Assembly (NCBI RefSeq): GCF_009914755.1
Contig: NC_060933.1
Reading direction: 5' to 3' (one strand)
Length of the DNA: 64,000 bases
Source: the human T2T-CHM13v2.0 reference genome, Homo sapiens
Position numbers and translations under genes: made by a program. Of the stretch, positions 1 through 15,100 are shown one piece after another. The notes beneath the pieces were generated by a model. The model ran no database searches and had not been told where the DNA came from. It saw nothing but the letters and a program-made list of their open reading frames with translations. Within the stretch, counting starts at the first letter, position 1, and each line of letters starts with the position of its first letter.

Positions 1-1199
1 TCCATTGCAATGGAATGGAATGGAATGGAATGGAATGGAATGGAATGGAATCAACCCGACTGCAGGGGAATGGAATGGAATGGAATGCAATGGAATGGAT
101 TCAACTTGAATGGAATGGAAAGAATGGAATCAACACGAGTGGAATGGCATGGATTGGAATGGAATGGAATGGAATCAACCCGAGTACAGGGGAATGGAAT
201 GGAATGGAATGCAATGGAATGCAATCATCCGTAATGGAATGGAAAGGAATGGAATGGAATGGAATGGAATGGAATGGAATCAACTCGATTGCAATCAAAT
301 GGAATGGAATGGAATTAACCCGAATAGAATGGAATGGAATGGAATGGAATGGATCGGAACGGAACGGAACGGAATGGAATGGAATGGAATGGAATGGAAT
401 GGAATGGAATGGAATGGAATCAACGCGAGTGCAGGGGAATGGAATGGAATGGAATGCAATGGAATGGAAACTTCCGGAATGGAATGGAATAGAATGGAAT
501 GGAATGGAATGGAATGGAATAAACCCGAGTGCAATAGAATGGAGTGGAATGGAATGGAATGGAATGGAACAACCCGAATGGAATGGAATGTAATGGAGAG
601 TAGGGGAGTTGAATAGAGTCAATCCGAATGTAATGGAATGGAATGGAACGGAATGGAATTGAATGGAATGGAATGGAATGGATTCAACTTGAATGGAATG
701 GAAAGAATGGAATCAACACGAGTGGAATGGCAGGAATTGGAATGGAATGGAATGGAATTAACCCGAGTACAGGGGAATGGAATGGAATGGAATGGAATGG
801 AATGGAATGGAATCAACTCCATTGCAATGGAATGGAATGGAATGGAATTAACCCGAATAGAATGGAATGGAATGGAATGGAACGGAACAGAACGGAACGG
901 AATGGAATGGAATAGAATGGAATGGAATGGAACGGAAAGGAATGGAATGGAATGGAATGGAATGGAATGGAACGGAAAGGAATGGAATGGAATGGAATGG
1001 AATGGAATAGAATGGAATGGAATCAACTCGATTGCAGTCGAATGGAATGGAATGGAATTAACCCGAATAGAATGGAATGGAATGGGATGGAACGGAACGG
1101 AACGGAACGGAATGGAATGGAATGGAATGGAATGGAATGGAACGGAAAGGAATGGAATGGAATGGAATGGAATGGAATGGAATGGAATGGAATGGAATG

Positions 1200-1545
1200 G
1201 AATCAACGCGAGTGCAGGGAAATGGAATGGAATGGAATGCAATGGAATGGAATCTTCCGGAATGGAATGGAATGGAATGGAATGGAATGAAAGGCAATGG
1301 ATTCAACTCGATTGCAATGGAATGGAATAGAATGGAACGGAATGGAATGGAATGGAATGGAATGGAATGGAACGGAACGGAATGGAATGGAATGGAATGG
1401 AATGGAATCAACGCGAGTGCAGGGGAATGGAATGGAATGGAATGCAATGGAATGGAATCTTCCGGAATGGAATGGAATGGAATGGAATGAAAGGCAATGG
1501 ATTCAACTCGATTGCAATGGAGTGGAATAGAATGGAATGGAATGG
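1200..1545 (+). repeat. ~200-bp tandem duplication
   Basis: TCAACGCGAGTGC occurs at 1203 and 1408. The rare GAAAGGCAATGGATTC occurs at 1289 and 1489. Confidence 0.75.
1249..1263. promoter_or_regulatory. Perfect three-unit heat shock element GGAATCTTCCGGAAT (representative of ~28 copies)
   Basis: gGAAt-cTTCc-gGAAt matches the HSF consensus nGAAnnTTCnnGAAn exactly. Binding at this site is inferred, not shown. Confidence 0.65.
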
Positions 1546-1969
1546 AATGGAATGGAATGGAATTGAATGGAATGGAATGCCTTCAAACCGAATGGAATGG
1601 AAAGGAATGGAATCAACACGAGTGGAAAGGAATGGAATGGAAAGGAATGGAATGGAATGGAATGGTACGGAATAGAATGGAATGGAACGAACTGGAATGG
1701 AATGGAATGGAATGGAATGGAATGGAATGGAATGGAATCGTTCCGAGTGGAATAGGAGGGAATGTATTCGAGTGGAATGGAAAGGAATGGAATCAACCAG
1801 AGTGGAATGGAAGGGAATGGAATGGAATGGAAACTAATAGAATGGAATCAACCCGAGTGGAATGGAATGGAAAGGACTGGAATGGAATGGAATGGAATGG
1901 AATGGAATGGAATGGAATCAACTCGATTGGAATGGAATGGAATGGAATGGAATGGAATGGAATGGAATG

Positions 1970-4455
1970 GAATAGAATTAACCCGAATACAATGGAATGG
2001 AATGGAATGGAACGGAATGGAGTGGAATGGAATAGAATCAACCCTAGTGCAGGGGAATGGAATGGAATGGAATGCAATGGAATGGAATCATCCGGAATGG
2101 AATGGAATGGAATGGAATGCAAAGCAATGGAATCAACTCGATTGCAATGGAATGGAATGGAATGGAAAGGAATAGAATGGAATCAACCCGAGTGTAATGG
2201 AATGGAAAGGACTGGAATGGAGTGGAATGGAATGGAATGGAATGGAATGGAATGGAATCAACTCGATTGGAATTTAATGGAATGGAATGGAATGGAATGG
2301 AATGGAATTAACCCGAATAGAATGGAATGGAATGGAATTGAACGGAATGGAATGGAATGGAATGGAATGGAATGGAATGGAATGGAATGGAATCAACCCG
2401 ACTGCAGAGGAATGGAATGGAATGGAATGGAATGGAATGGAATGGAATGGAATCATCCGGAACGGAATGGAATGGAATGGAATGGAAGCAACTCGATTGC
2501 AATGGAATGGAATGGAATGGAATGGAATCGAATGGAATGGAATGGAATTAACTGGAATAGAATGGAATGGAATGGAATGGAACGGAATGGAATGGAATGG
2601 AATGGAATGCAATGGAATCAACCCGAGTGCAGGGGAATGGAATGGAATGGAATGCAATGGAATGGAATCATCTGGAATGGAATGGAATGGAATGGAATGC
2701 AATCAACCTGATGCAGTGGAATGGAGTGGAATGGAATGGAATGGAATGGAATGGAATGGAATGGAGTGTAAGGGAATTGAATAGATTCAATCCGAATGTA
2801 ATGGAATGGAATGGAATGAAATGGAATGGAATGGAATGGAATGGAATCAACCCGAGTGCAATGGAATGGATTCGAATGGAATAGAATGGAATGGAATGGA
2901 TTCAACAAGAATGGAATGGAAAGGAATGGAATCAACCCGAGTGTAATGGCATGGAATGGAATGGAATGGAATGGGAATGAATGGAATGGTACGGAATAGA
3001 ATGGAATGGAATGAAATGGAATGGAATGGAATGGAATGGAATGGAATGGAATGGAATGGAATGAACCCGTGTGCAATGGAATGGAATGGAATGGATTCAA
3101 CTCGAATGGAATCAACTCGATTGCAATGGAATGGAATGGAATTGAAAGGAATAGAATGGAATCAACCCGAGTGGAATGGAATGGAAAGGACTGGAATGGA
3201 GTGGAATGGAATGCAATGGAATAGAATTAACCCGAATACAATGGAATGGAATGGAATGGAACGGAATGGAGTGGAATGGAATAGAATCAACCCTAGTGCA
3301 GGGGAATGGAATGGAAGGGAATGCAATGGAATGGAATCATCCGGAATGGAATGGAATGGAATGGAATGCAAAGCAATGGAATCAACTCGATTGCAATGGA
3401 ATGGAATGGAATGGAAAGGAATAGAATGGAATCAACCCGAGTGTAATGGAATGGAAAGGACTGGAATGGAGTGGAATGGAATGGAATGGAATGGAATGGA
3501 ATCAACTCGATTGGAATGGAATGGAATGGAATGGAATGGAATGGAATGGAATTAACCCGAATAGAATGGAATGGAATGGAATTGAACGGAATGGAATGCA
3601 ATGGAATGGAATGGAATGGAATGGAATGGAATGGAATCAACCCGACTGCAGAGGAATGGAATGGAATGGAATGGAATGGAATGGAATCATCCGGAACGGA
3701 ATGGAATGGAATGGAATGGAATCAACTCGATTGCAATGGAATGGAATGGAATGGAATGGAATCGAATGGAATGGAATGGAATTAACCGGAATAGAATGGA
3801 ATGGAATGGAATGGAACGGAATGGAATGGAATGGAATGGAATGGAATGGAATCAACCCGAGTGCAGGGGAATGGAATGGAATGGAATGCAATGGAATGGA
3901 ATCATCCGGAATGGAATGGAATGGAATGGAATGCAATCAACCTGATGCAGCGGAATGGAGTGGAATGGAATGGAATGGAATGGAATGGAATGTAATGGAG
4001 TGTAAGGGAATTGAATAGATTCAATCCGAATGTAATGGAATGGAATGGAATGAAATGGAATGGAATGGAATGGAATGGAATCAACCCGAGTGCAATGGAA
4101 TGGATTCGAATGGAATAGAATGGAATGGAATGGATTCAACAAGAATGGAATGGAAAGGAATGGAATCAACCCGAGTGTAATGGCATGGAATGGAATGGAA
4201 TGGAATGGGAATGAATGGAATGGTACGGAATAGAATGGAATGGAATGAAATGGAATGGAATGGAATGGAATGGAATGGAATGGAATGAACCCGTGTGCAA
4301 TGGAATGGAATGGAATGGAATGGAATGGATTCAACTCGAATGGAATCAACTCGATTGCAATGGAATGGAATGGAATTGAAAGGAATAGAATGGAATCAAC
4401 CCGAGTGGAATGGAATGGAAAGGACTGGAATGGAGTGGAATGGAATGGAATGGAA
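1970..4455 (+). repeat. ~1.24-kb tandem duplication (about 1970-3220 / 3220-4455)
   Basis: Shared rare variants: CCCTAG 2042/3291, GACTGCAGAGG 2400/3644, CCTGATGCAG 2707/3941, TTCAACAAGA 2901/4135. Confidence 0.88.
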
Positions 4456-6051
4456 TTAACCCGAATAGAATGAAATGGAACGGAATGGAATGTAAAGTAA
4501 TGGAATGGAATGGAATGGAATCAACCCGAGTGCAGGGGAATGGAATGGAATGGAATGCAATGGAATGGAATCATCCGGAATGGAATGGAATGGAATGGAA
4601 TGGAATGGAATCAACTCGATTTCAATGGAATGGAATGGAATATAATGGAATGGAATTAACAAGAATAGAATGGAATGGAATGGAATTGAATGGAACAGAA
4701 AGGAATAGAATGGAATGGAATGGAATCAACCCAAGTGCAGGGGAATGGAATGGAATGGAATTCAATGGAATGGAATCATCCGGAATGGAATGGAATGGAA
4801 TGGAATCAACCCGAGTGCAATGGAATGGAGAGGAATGGAATGGAATGGAATGGAAACTACACGAATCGAATGGAATGTAATGGAGTGTAAGGGAATTGAA
4901 TAGAATGAATCCCAATGGAATGGAATGGAAAGGAATGGAATGGAATGGAATGGAATGGAATGCAAGGCCATGGAATCAACCAGAGTGCAATCGAATGGAA
5001 TCGAATGGAATGGAATGCAATGGAATGGATTCAACTTGAATGGAATGGAAAGAATGGAATCAACACGAGTGGAATGGCATGGATTGGAATGGAATGGAAT
5101 GGAATCAACCCGAGTACAGGGGAATGGAATGGAATGGAATGCAATGGAATGGAATCATCCGTAATGGAATGGAAAGGAATGGAAAGGAAAGGAATGGAAT
5201 GGAATGGAATGGAATGGAATGGAATCAACTCGATTGCAATCGAATGGAATGGAATGGAATTAACCCGAATAGAATGGAATGGAATGGAATGGAATGGAAT
5301 GGAATGGAACGGAACGGAACGGAACGGAATGGAATGGAATGGAATGGAATGGAATGGAATGGAACGGATCGGAATGGAATGGAATGGAATGGAATGGAAG
5401 CAACGCGAGTGCAGGGGAATGGAATGGAATGGAATGCAATGGAATGGAATCTTCCGGAATGGAATGGAATGGAATGGAATAGAATGGAATGGAATGGAAT
5501 GGAATGGAATCAACCCGAGTACAGGGGAATGGAATGGAATGTAATGCAATGGAATGGAATCATCCGTAATGGAATGGAAAGGAATGGAATGGACTGGAAT
5601 GGAATGGAATAAACTCGATTGCAATCGAATGGAATGGAATGGAATTAACCCGAATAGAATGGAATGGAATCGAATGGAACGGAAAGGAATGCAATGGAAT
5701 GGAATGGAATGGAACGGAAAGGAATGGAAAGGAATGGAATGAGATGGAATGGAATGGAATGCAATGGAATCAACACGAGTGCAGGGGAATGTAATGGAAC
5801 GGAATGCAATGGAATGGAATCATCCGGAATGGAATGGAATGGAATGGAATGGAATCAACACGAGTGCAATGGAATGGAGTGGAATGGAATGGAATGGAAT
5901 GGAACAACCCGAATGGAATGGAATGTAATGGAGAGTAAGGGAGTTGAAAAGAATCAATCCGAGTGTAATGGAAAGGAAAGGAAAAGAATGGAATGGAATG
6001 GAATGGAATGGAATGGAATGGAATGGAATGGAATGGAATGCAATGGAATGG

Positions 6052-6081
6052 AATCAACCCGAGTGCAATCGAATGGAATCG
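6052..6081 (+). repeat. AATCAACCCGAGTGCAATCGAATGGAATCG word, resembling the chr9 Sat III (pHuR98-type) sequence
   Basis: The word recurs at 8218, 17573, 44712 and 54659. The resemblance to the chr9 Sat III probe/primer sequence is from memory and unverified. Confidence 0.5.
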
Positions 6082-9000
6082 AATGGAATGGAATGCAATG
6101 GAAAGGATTCAACTTGAATGGAATGGAAAGAATGGAATCAACACGAGTGGAATGGCATGGATTGGAATGGCATGGAATGGAATCAACCCGAGTACAGAGG
6201 AATGGAATGGAATGTAATGCAATGGAATGGAATCATCCGTAATGGAATGGAAAGGAATGGAATGGAATGGAATGGAATGGAATGGAATGGAATGGAATCA
6301 ACTCGATTGCAATCGAATGGAATGGAATGGAATTAACCCGAATAGAATGGAATGGAATGGAACGGAACGGAACGGAACGGAATGGAATGGAATGGAATGG
6401 AATGGAACGGAACGGAATGGAATGGAATGGAATGGAATGGAATCAACGCGAGTGCAGGGGAATGGAATGGAATGGAATGCAATGGAATGGAATCTTCCGG
6501 AATGGAATTGAATGGAATGCAATGGATTCAACTCGATTGCAATGGAATGGAATAGAATGGAATGGAATGTGATGGAATGGAATTAACCCGAATAAAATAG
6601 AATGGAATGGAATGGAACGAACGGAACGGAACGGAATGGAATGGAACGGAATGGAATGGAATGGAATGGTATGGAATGGAATGGAATGGTACGGAATAGA
6701 ATGGAATGGAAAGAATTGGAATGGAATGGAATCGAATGGAATGGAATGGAATGGAATGGAATCAACCCGAGTGCAGGGGAATGTAATGGAACGGAATGTA
6801 ATGGAATGGAATCATCCGGAATGGAATGGAATGGAACGGAATGGAATGGAATGGAATGGAATGGAACCAACTCGATTGTGATGGAATGGAATGGAATGGA
6901 ATGGAATGGAATGGAATGGAATGGAATTAACCCGAATACAATGGAATGGAATGGAATGGAACGGAATGGAGTGGAATGGAATGGAATCAACCAGAGTGCA
7001 GTGGAATGCAATGGAATGGAATGCAATGGAATGGAATCATCCGGAATGGAATGGAATGGAATGGAATGCAAAGCATTGGAATCAACTCGATTGCAATGGA
7101 ATGGAATGGAATGGAAACGAATACATTGGAATCAACCCGAGTGGAATGGAATGGAAAGGACTGGAATGGAGTGGAATGGAATGGAATGGAATGGAATGGA
7201 ATCAACTCGATTGGAATGGAATGGAATGGAATGGAATGGAATGGAATTAACGCGAATAGAATGGAATCGAATGGAATGGAATGGAACGGAACGGAACAGA
7301 ACGGAATGGAATGGAATGGAATGGAATGGAATGGAATGGAATCAACCCGACTGCAGGGGAATGGAATTGAATGGAATGCAATGGAATGGATTCAACTTGA
7401 ATGGAATATAAAGAATGGAATCAACATGAGCGGAATGGCATGGATTGGAATGGAATGGAATGGAATCAACCCGAGTACAGGGGAATGGAATGGAATGGAA
7501 TGCAATGGAACGGAATCATCCGTAATGGAATGGAAAGGAATGGAATGGAATGGAATGGAATGGAATGGAATGGAATGGAATGGAATCAACTCGATTGCAG
7601 TCGAATGGAATGGAATGGAATTAACCCGAATAGAATGAAATGGAATGCAATGGAACGGAACGGAACGGAACGGAATGGAATGGAATGGAATGGAATGGAA
7701 TGGAACAGAAAGGAATGGAATGGAATGGAATGGAATGGAATGGAATGGAATGGAATCAACGCGAGTGCAGGGGAATGGAATGGAATGGAATGCAATGGAA
7801 TGGAATCTTCCGGAATGGAATGGAATGGAATGGAATGGAATGGAATGGAATGGAATGGAATAAACCCGAGTGCAATTGAATGGAGTGGAATGGAATGGAA
7901 TAGAATGGAACAACCCGAATGGAATGGAATGTAATGGAGAGTAAGGGAGTTGAATAGAATCAATCCGAATGTAATGGAATGGAATGGAACGGAATGGAAT
8001 TGAATGGAATGGAATGGAATGCAATGGAATGGAATCAACCCGAGTGCAATGGAATGGAGAGGAATGGAATGGAATGGAACGGAAACTACCCGAATGGAAT
8101 GGAATGTAATGGAGTGTAAGGGAATTGAATAGAATCAATCCGAATGTAATGGAATGGAATGGAGCGGAATGGAATGGAATAGAATGGAATTGAATGGAAT
8201 GGAATGCAATGGAATGGAATCAACCCGAGTGCAATCGAATGGAATCGAATGGAATGGAATGCAATGGAATGGATTCAACTTGAATGGAATGGAAAGAATG
8301 GAATCAACACGAGTAGAAGGGCATGGATTGGAATGCAATGGAATGGAATCAACCCGAGTACAGGGGAATGGAATGGAATGGAATGCAATGGAATGGAATC
8401 ATCCGTAATGCAATGGAAAGGAATGGAATGGAATGGAATGGAATGGAATGGAATGGAATCAACACGATTACAATAGAATGGAATGGAATGGAATTAACCC
8501 GAATAGAATGGAATGGAATGGAATGGAACGGAACGGAATGGAATGGAATGGAATGGAATGGAATGGAATGGAACGGAACGGAATGGAATGGAATGGAATG
8601 GAATGGAAAGGAATGGAATGGAATCAACGCGAGTGCAGGGGAATGGAATGTAATGGAATGAAATGGAATGGAATCTTCCGGAATGGAATGGAATGGAATG
8701 GAATGGAATCAACCCGAGTGCAATGGAATGGAGTGGAATGGAATGGAATGGAATGGAGCAACCCGAATGCAATCGAATGTAATGGAGAGTAAGGGAGTTG
8801 AATAGAATCAATCCGAATGTAACGGAATGGAATGGAACGGAATGGAATTGAATGGAATGGAATGGAATGGAATGGAATGCAATGGAATGGAATCAACCCG
8901 AGTGCAATGGAATGGAGAGGAATGCAATGGAATGGAATGGAAACTACCCGAATGGAATGGAATGTAATGGAGTGTAAGGGAATTGAATAGAATCAATCCG

Positions 9001-9599
9001 AATGTAATGGAATGGAATGGAACGGAATGGAATGGAATGGAATGGAATGGAATGGAATGGAATGCAATGGAATGGAATCAACCCAAGTGCAATCGAGTGG
9101 AATCGAATGGAATGGAATGCAATGGAATGGATTCAACTTGAATGGAATGGAAAGAATGGAATCAACACGAGGGGAATGGCATGGATTGGAATGGAATGGA
9201 ATGGAATCAACCCGAGTACAGGGGAATGGAATGGAATGGAATGCAATGGAATGGAATCATCCGTAATGGAATGGAAAGGAATGGAATGGAATGGAATAGA
9301 ATGGAATGGAATCAACTCGATTGCAATCGAATGGAATGGAATGGAATTAACCGGAATAGAATGGAATGGAATGGAATGGAATGGAACGGAACGGAACGGA
9401 ATGGAATGGATTGGAATGGAATGGAATGGAATGGAATGGAACGGAAAGGAATGGAATGGAATGGAATGGAATGGAATGGAATGGAATCAACGCGAGTGCA
9501 GGGGAATGGAATGGAATGGAATGGAATGCAATGGAATGGAATCTTACGGAATGGAATGGAATGGAATGGAATGGAATGAAATGCAATGGATTCAACTCG

Positions 9600-12170
9600 A
9601 TTGCAATGGAATGGAATAGAATGGAATGGAATGGAATGGAATGGAATTAATCCGAATAGAATGGAATGGAATGGAATGGAACGGAATGGAACGGAATGGA
9701 ATTTAATGGAATGGAATGGAATGGTATGGAATGGAATGGAATGGTACGGAATAGAAGGGAATGGAACGAATTGTAATGGAATGGAATTGAATGGAATGGA
9801 ATGGAATGGAATGGAATCAACGCGAGTGCAGGGGAATGGAATGGAACGGAATCAACGCGAGTGCAGGGGAATGTAATGGAACGGAATGCAATGGAATGGA
9901 ATCATCCGGAATGGAATGGAATGGAATCACCCCGAGTGCAATGGAATGGAGTGGAATGGAATGGAATGGAATGGAACAACCCGAATGGAGTGGAATGTAA
10001 TGGAGAGTAAGGGAGTTGAATAGAATCAATCCGAATGTACTGGAATGGAATGCAACGGAATGGAATGGAATGGAATGGAATGGAATGCAATGGAATTGAA
10101 TCAACCCGAGTACAATGGAATGGAATGGAATGGAATGGAATGATACGGAATAGAATGGAATGGAACGAAATGGAATGGAATGGAATGGAATGGATTGGAA
10201 TGGAATGGAATGGAATGGAATGGAATGGAATCATTCCGAGTGGAATAGGAGGGAATGTATTCGAGTGGAATGGAAAGCAATGGTATCAACCAGAGTGGAA
10301 TGGAAGGGAATGGAATGGAATGGAAACTAATAGAATGGAATCAACCCGAGTGGAATGGAATGGAAAGGACTGGAATGGAATGGAATGGAATGGAATGATC
10401 TCGATTGTAATGGAATGGAATGGAATGGAATGGAAAAGAATGGAATTCACCCGAATACAATGGAATGGAATGGAATGCAACGGAATGGAGTGGAATGGAA
10501 TGGAATCAACCCGAGTGTAGGGTAATGGAATGGAATGGAATGCAATGGAATGGAATCATCCGGAATGGAATGGAATGGAATGGAATGCAAAGCAATGGAA
10601 TCAACTCGATTGCAATGGAATGGAATGGAATGGAAAGGAATACATTGGAATCAACCCGAGTGGAATGGAATGGAAAGGACTGGAATGGAGTGGAATGGAA
10701 TGGAATGGAATGGAATGGAATCAACTCGATTGGAATGGAATGGAATGGAATGGAATGGAATTAACCCGAATAGAATGGAATGGAATGGAATGGAATGGAA
10801 CGGAACGGAATGGAATGGAATGGAATGGAATGGAATGGAACGGAACGGAACGGATTGGATGGAATGGAATGGAATGGAATGGAATGGAAACAACGCGAGT
10901 GCAGGGGAATGGAATGGAATGGAATGCAATGGAATGGAATTTTTCGGAATGGAATGGAATGGAATGGAATGGAATGAAATGCAATTGATTCAACTCGATT
11001 GCAACGGAATGGAAAAGAATGGAATGGAATGGAATGGAATTAACCCGAATAGAATGGAATGGAATGGAATGGAACGGAATGGAACGGAATGGAATGGAAT
11101 GGAATGGAATGGAATGGAATGGAATGGTATGGAATGGAATGCAATGGTACGGAATAGAATGGAATGGAACGAATTGTAATGGAATGGAATTGAATGGAAT
11201 TGAATGGAATGGAATGGAATCAACGCGAGTGCAGGGGAATGTAATGGAACGGAATGCAATGGAATGGAATCATCCGGAATGGAATGGAATGGAATGGAAT
11301 GGAATGGAATGGAATCAACCCGAGTGCAATGGAATGGAGTGGAATGGAATAGAATGGAATGGAACAACCCGAATGGAGTGGAATGTAATGGAGAGTAAGG
11401 GAGTTGAGTAGAATCAATCCGAATGTAATGGAATGGAATGCAACGGAATGGAATGGAATGGAATGGAAAGGAATGGAATGGAATGCAATGGAATTGAATC
11501 AACCCGAGTACAATGGAATGGAATGGAATGGAATGGAATGGAATGGAATGGAATGGAATGGAATCATTCCGAGTGGAATAGGAGGGAATGTATTCGAGTG
11601 GAATGGAAAGGAATGGTATAAACCAGAGTGGAAAGGATGGGAATGGAATGGAATGGAAACTAATAGAATGGAATCAACCAGAGTGGAATGGAATGGAAAG
11701 GACTGGAATCGAATGGAATGGAATGGAATCAACTCGATTGTAATGGAATGGAATGGAATGGAATGGAATGGAATGGAATTAACCCGAATACAATGGAATG
11801 GAATGGAATGGAACGGAATGGAGTGGAATGGAATGGAATCAACCCGAGTGCAGAGGAATGGAATGGAATGGAATGCAATGGAATGGAATCATCCGGAATG
11901 GAATGGAATGGAATGGAATGCAAAGCAATGGAATCAACTCGATTGCAATGGAATGGAATGGAATGGAAAGGAATACATTGGAATCAACCCGAGTGGAATG
12001 CAATGGAAAGGACTGGAATGGAGTGGAATGGAATGGAATGGAATGGAATGGAATCAACTCGATTGGAATGGAATGGAATGGAATGGAATGGAATTAACCA
12101 GAATAGAATGGAAAGAAATGGAATGGAACGGAACGGAATGGAATGGAATGGAATGGAATGGAATGGAATG
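9600..12170 (+). repeat. ~1.35-kb tandem duplication
   Basis: GAATGGAGTGGAATGTAA 9983/11371, TCATTCCGAG 10231/11564, TACATTGG 10641/11974. Confidence 0.75.
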
Positions 12171-15100
12171 GAATGGAATGGAATCAACCCGACTGCAGGG
12201 GAATGGAATGGAATGGAATGCAATGGAATGGATTCAACTTGAATGGAATGGAAAGAATGGAATCAACACGAGTGGAATGGCATGGATTGGAATGGAATGG
12301 AATGGAATCAACCCGAGTACAGGGGAATGGAATGGAATGGAATGCAATGGAATGGAATCATCCGTAATGGAATGGAAAGGAATGTAATGCAATGGAATAG
12401 AATGGAATGGAATCAACTCGATTGCAATCGAATGGAATGGAATGGAATTAACCCGAATAGAATGGAATGGAATGGAATGGAACGGAACCGAACGGAATGG
12501 AATGGATTGGAATGGAATGGAATGGAATGGAATGGAATGGAACGGAAAGGAATGGAATGGAATGGAATGGAATGGAATCAACGCGAGTGCAGGGGAATGG
12601 AATGGAATGGAATGCAATGGAATGGAATCTTACGGAATGGAATGGAATGGAATGGAATGGAATGGAATAAACCCGAGTGCAATGGAATGGAGTGGAATGG
12701 AATAGAATGGAATGGAACAACCCGAATGGAATGGAATGTAATTGAGAGTAAGGGAGTTGAATAGAATCAATCCGAATGTAATGGAATGGAAAGGAACGGA
12801 ATAGAATGGAATGGAATGGAATGGAATGCAATGGAATGGAATCAACCCGAGTGCAATGGAATGGAGAGGAATGCAATGGAATGGAATGGAAACTACCCGA
12901 ATGGAATGGAATGTAATGGAGTGTAAGGGAATTGAATAGAATCAATCCGAATGTAATGGAATGGAATGGAACGGAATGGAATGGAATGGAATGGAATGGA
13001 ATGGAATGGAATGGAATGCAATGGAATGGAATCAACCCAAGTGCAATCGAGTGGAATCGAATGGAATGGAATGCAATGGAATGGATTCAACTTGAATGGC
13101 ATGGAAAGAATGGAATCAACACGAGTGGAATGGCATGGATTGGAATGGAATGGAGTGGAATCAACCCGAGTACAGGGGAATGGAATGGAATGGAATGCAA
13201 TGGAATGGAATCATCCGTAATGGAATGGAAAGGAATGGAATGGAATGGAATGGAATGGAATGGAATGGAATGGAATGGAATCAACTCGATTGCAATCGAA
13301 TGGAATGGAATGGAATTAACCCGAATAGAAAGGAATGGAATGGAATGGAACGGAACGGAATGGAATGGAATGGAATGGAACGGAACGGAATGGAATGGAA
13401 TGAAATGGAATGGAATGGAATCAACGCGAGTGCAGGGGAATGGAATGGAATGGAATGCAATGGAATGGAATCTTACGGAATGGAATGGAATGGAATGGAA
13501 TGGAATGAAATGCAATGGATTCAACTCGACTGCAATGGAATGGAATAGAATGGAATGGAATGGAATGGAATGGAATTAATCCGAATAGAATGGAATGGAA
13601 TGGAATGGAACGGAATGGAACGGAATGGAATTTAATGGAATGGAATGGAATGGTATGGAATGGAATGGAATGGTACGGAATAGAATGGAATGGAACGAAT
13701 TGTAATGGAATGGAATTGAATGGAATGGAATGGAATGGAGTGGAATCAACGCGAGTGCATGGGAATGTAATGGAACGGAATGCAATGGAATGGAATCATC
13801 CGGAATGGAATGGAATGGAATGGAATGGAATGGAATCACTCCGAGTGCAATGGAATGGAGTGGAATGGAATGGAATGGAATGGAACAACCCGAATGGAGT
13901 GGAATGTAATGGAGAGTAAGGGAGTTGAATAGAATCAATACGAATGTAATGGAATGGAATGCAACGGAATGGAATGGAATGGAATGGAATGGAATGGAAT
14001 GCAATGGAATTGAAACAACCCGAGTACAATGGAATGGAATGGAATGGAATGGAATGATACGGAATAGAATGGAATGGAACGAAATGGAATGGAATGGAAT
14101 GGAATGGAATGGAATGGAATGGAATGGAGTGGAATGAAATGCAATGGATTCAACTCGATTGCAATGGAATGGAATAGAATGGAATGGAATGGAATGGAAT
14201 GGAATTAACCCGAATAGAATGGAACGGAATGGAATGGAACGGAATGCAACGGAATGGAATGGAATGGAATGGAATGGAATGGAATGGAATGGAATGGTAT
14301 GGAATGGAATGGAATGGTACGGAATAGAATGGACTGTAACGAATTGTAATGGAATGGAATTGAATGGAATGGAATGGAATCAACGCGAGTGCAGGGGAAT
14401 GTAATGGAACGGAATGCAATGGAATGGAATCATCCGGAATGGAATGGAATGGAATGGAATGGAATGGAATCAACCCGAGTGCAATGGAATGGAGTGGAAT
14501 GGAATGGAATAGAATGGAAGAACCCGAATGGAATGGAATGTAATGGAGAGTAAGGGAGTTGAATAGTATCAATCCGAAAGTAATGGAATGGAATGCAACG
14601 GAATGGAATGGAATGGAATGGAATGGAATGCAATGGAATGGAATCAACCCGAGTACAATGGAATGGAATGGAATGGAATGGAATGGAATGGAAAGGAATG
14701 GAATGGAATGATACGGAATAGAATGGAATGGAACGAAATGGAATGGAATGGAATGGAATGGAATGGAATGGAATGGAATGGAATCGTTCCGAGTGGAATA
14801 GGAGGGAATGTATTCGAGTGGAATGGAAAGGAATGGAATCAACAAGAGTGGAATGGAAGGGAATGGAATGGAATGGAAACTAATAGAATGGAATCAACCC
14901 GAGTGGAATGGAATGGAAAGGACTGGAATGGAATGGAATGGAATGGAATCAACTCGATTGTAATGGAATGGAATGGAATGGAATGGAATGGAATGGAATG
15001 GAATGGAATGGAATTAACCCGAATACAATGGAAGGGAATGGAATGGAATGGAAACTAATAGAATGGAATCAACCCGAGTGGAATGGAATGGAAAGGACTG

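Noticed and set aside
1-14. TCCATT at the window start as a third inversion junction
   Set aside because: It matches the internal variant CAAC-TCCATTGCAATGG seen at 818, 16555, 46225 and 57855. Upstream sequence is not visible, so a junction is not strictly excluded.
1738-1775. ATAGGAGGGAATG as a Shine-Dalgarno plus start codon, or an inserted element
   Set aside because: It is a recurrent in-register satellite word in eukaryotic heterochromatin and is followed only by pentamer repeats.
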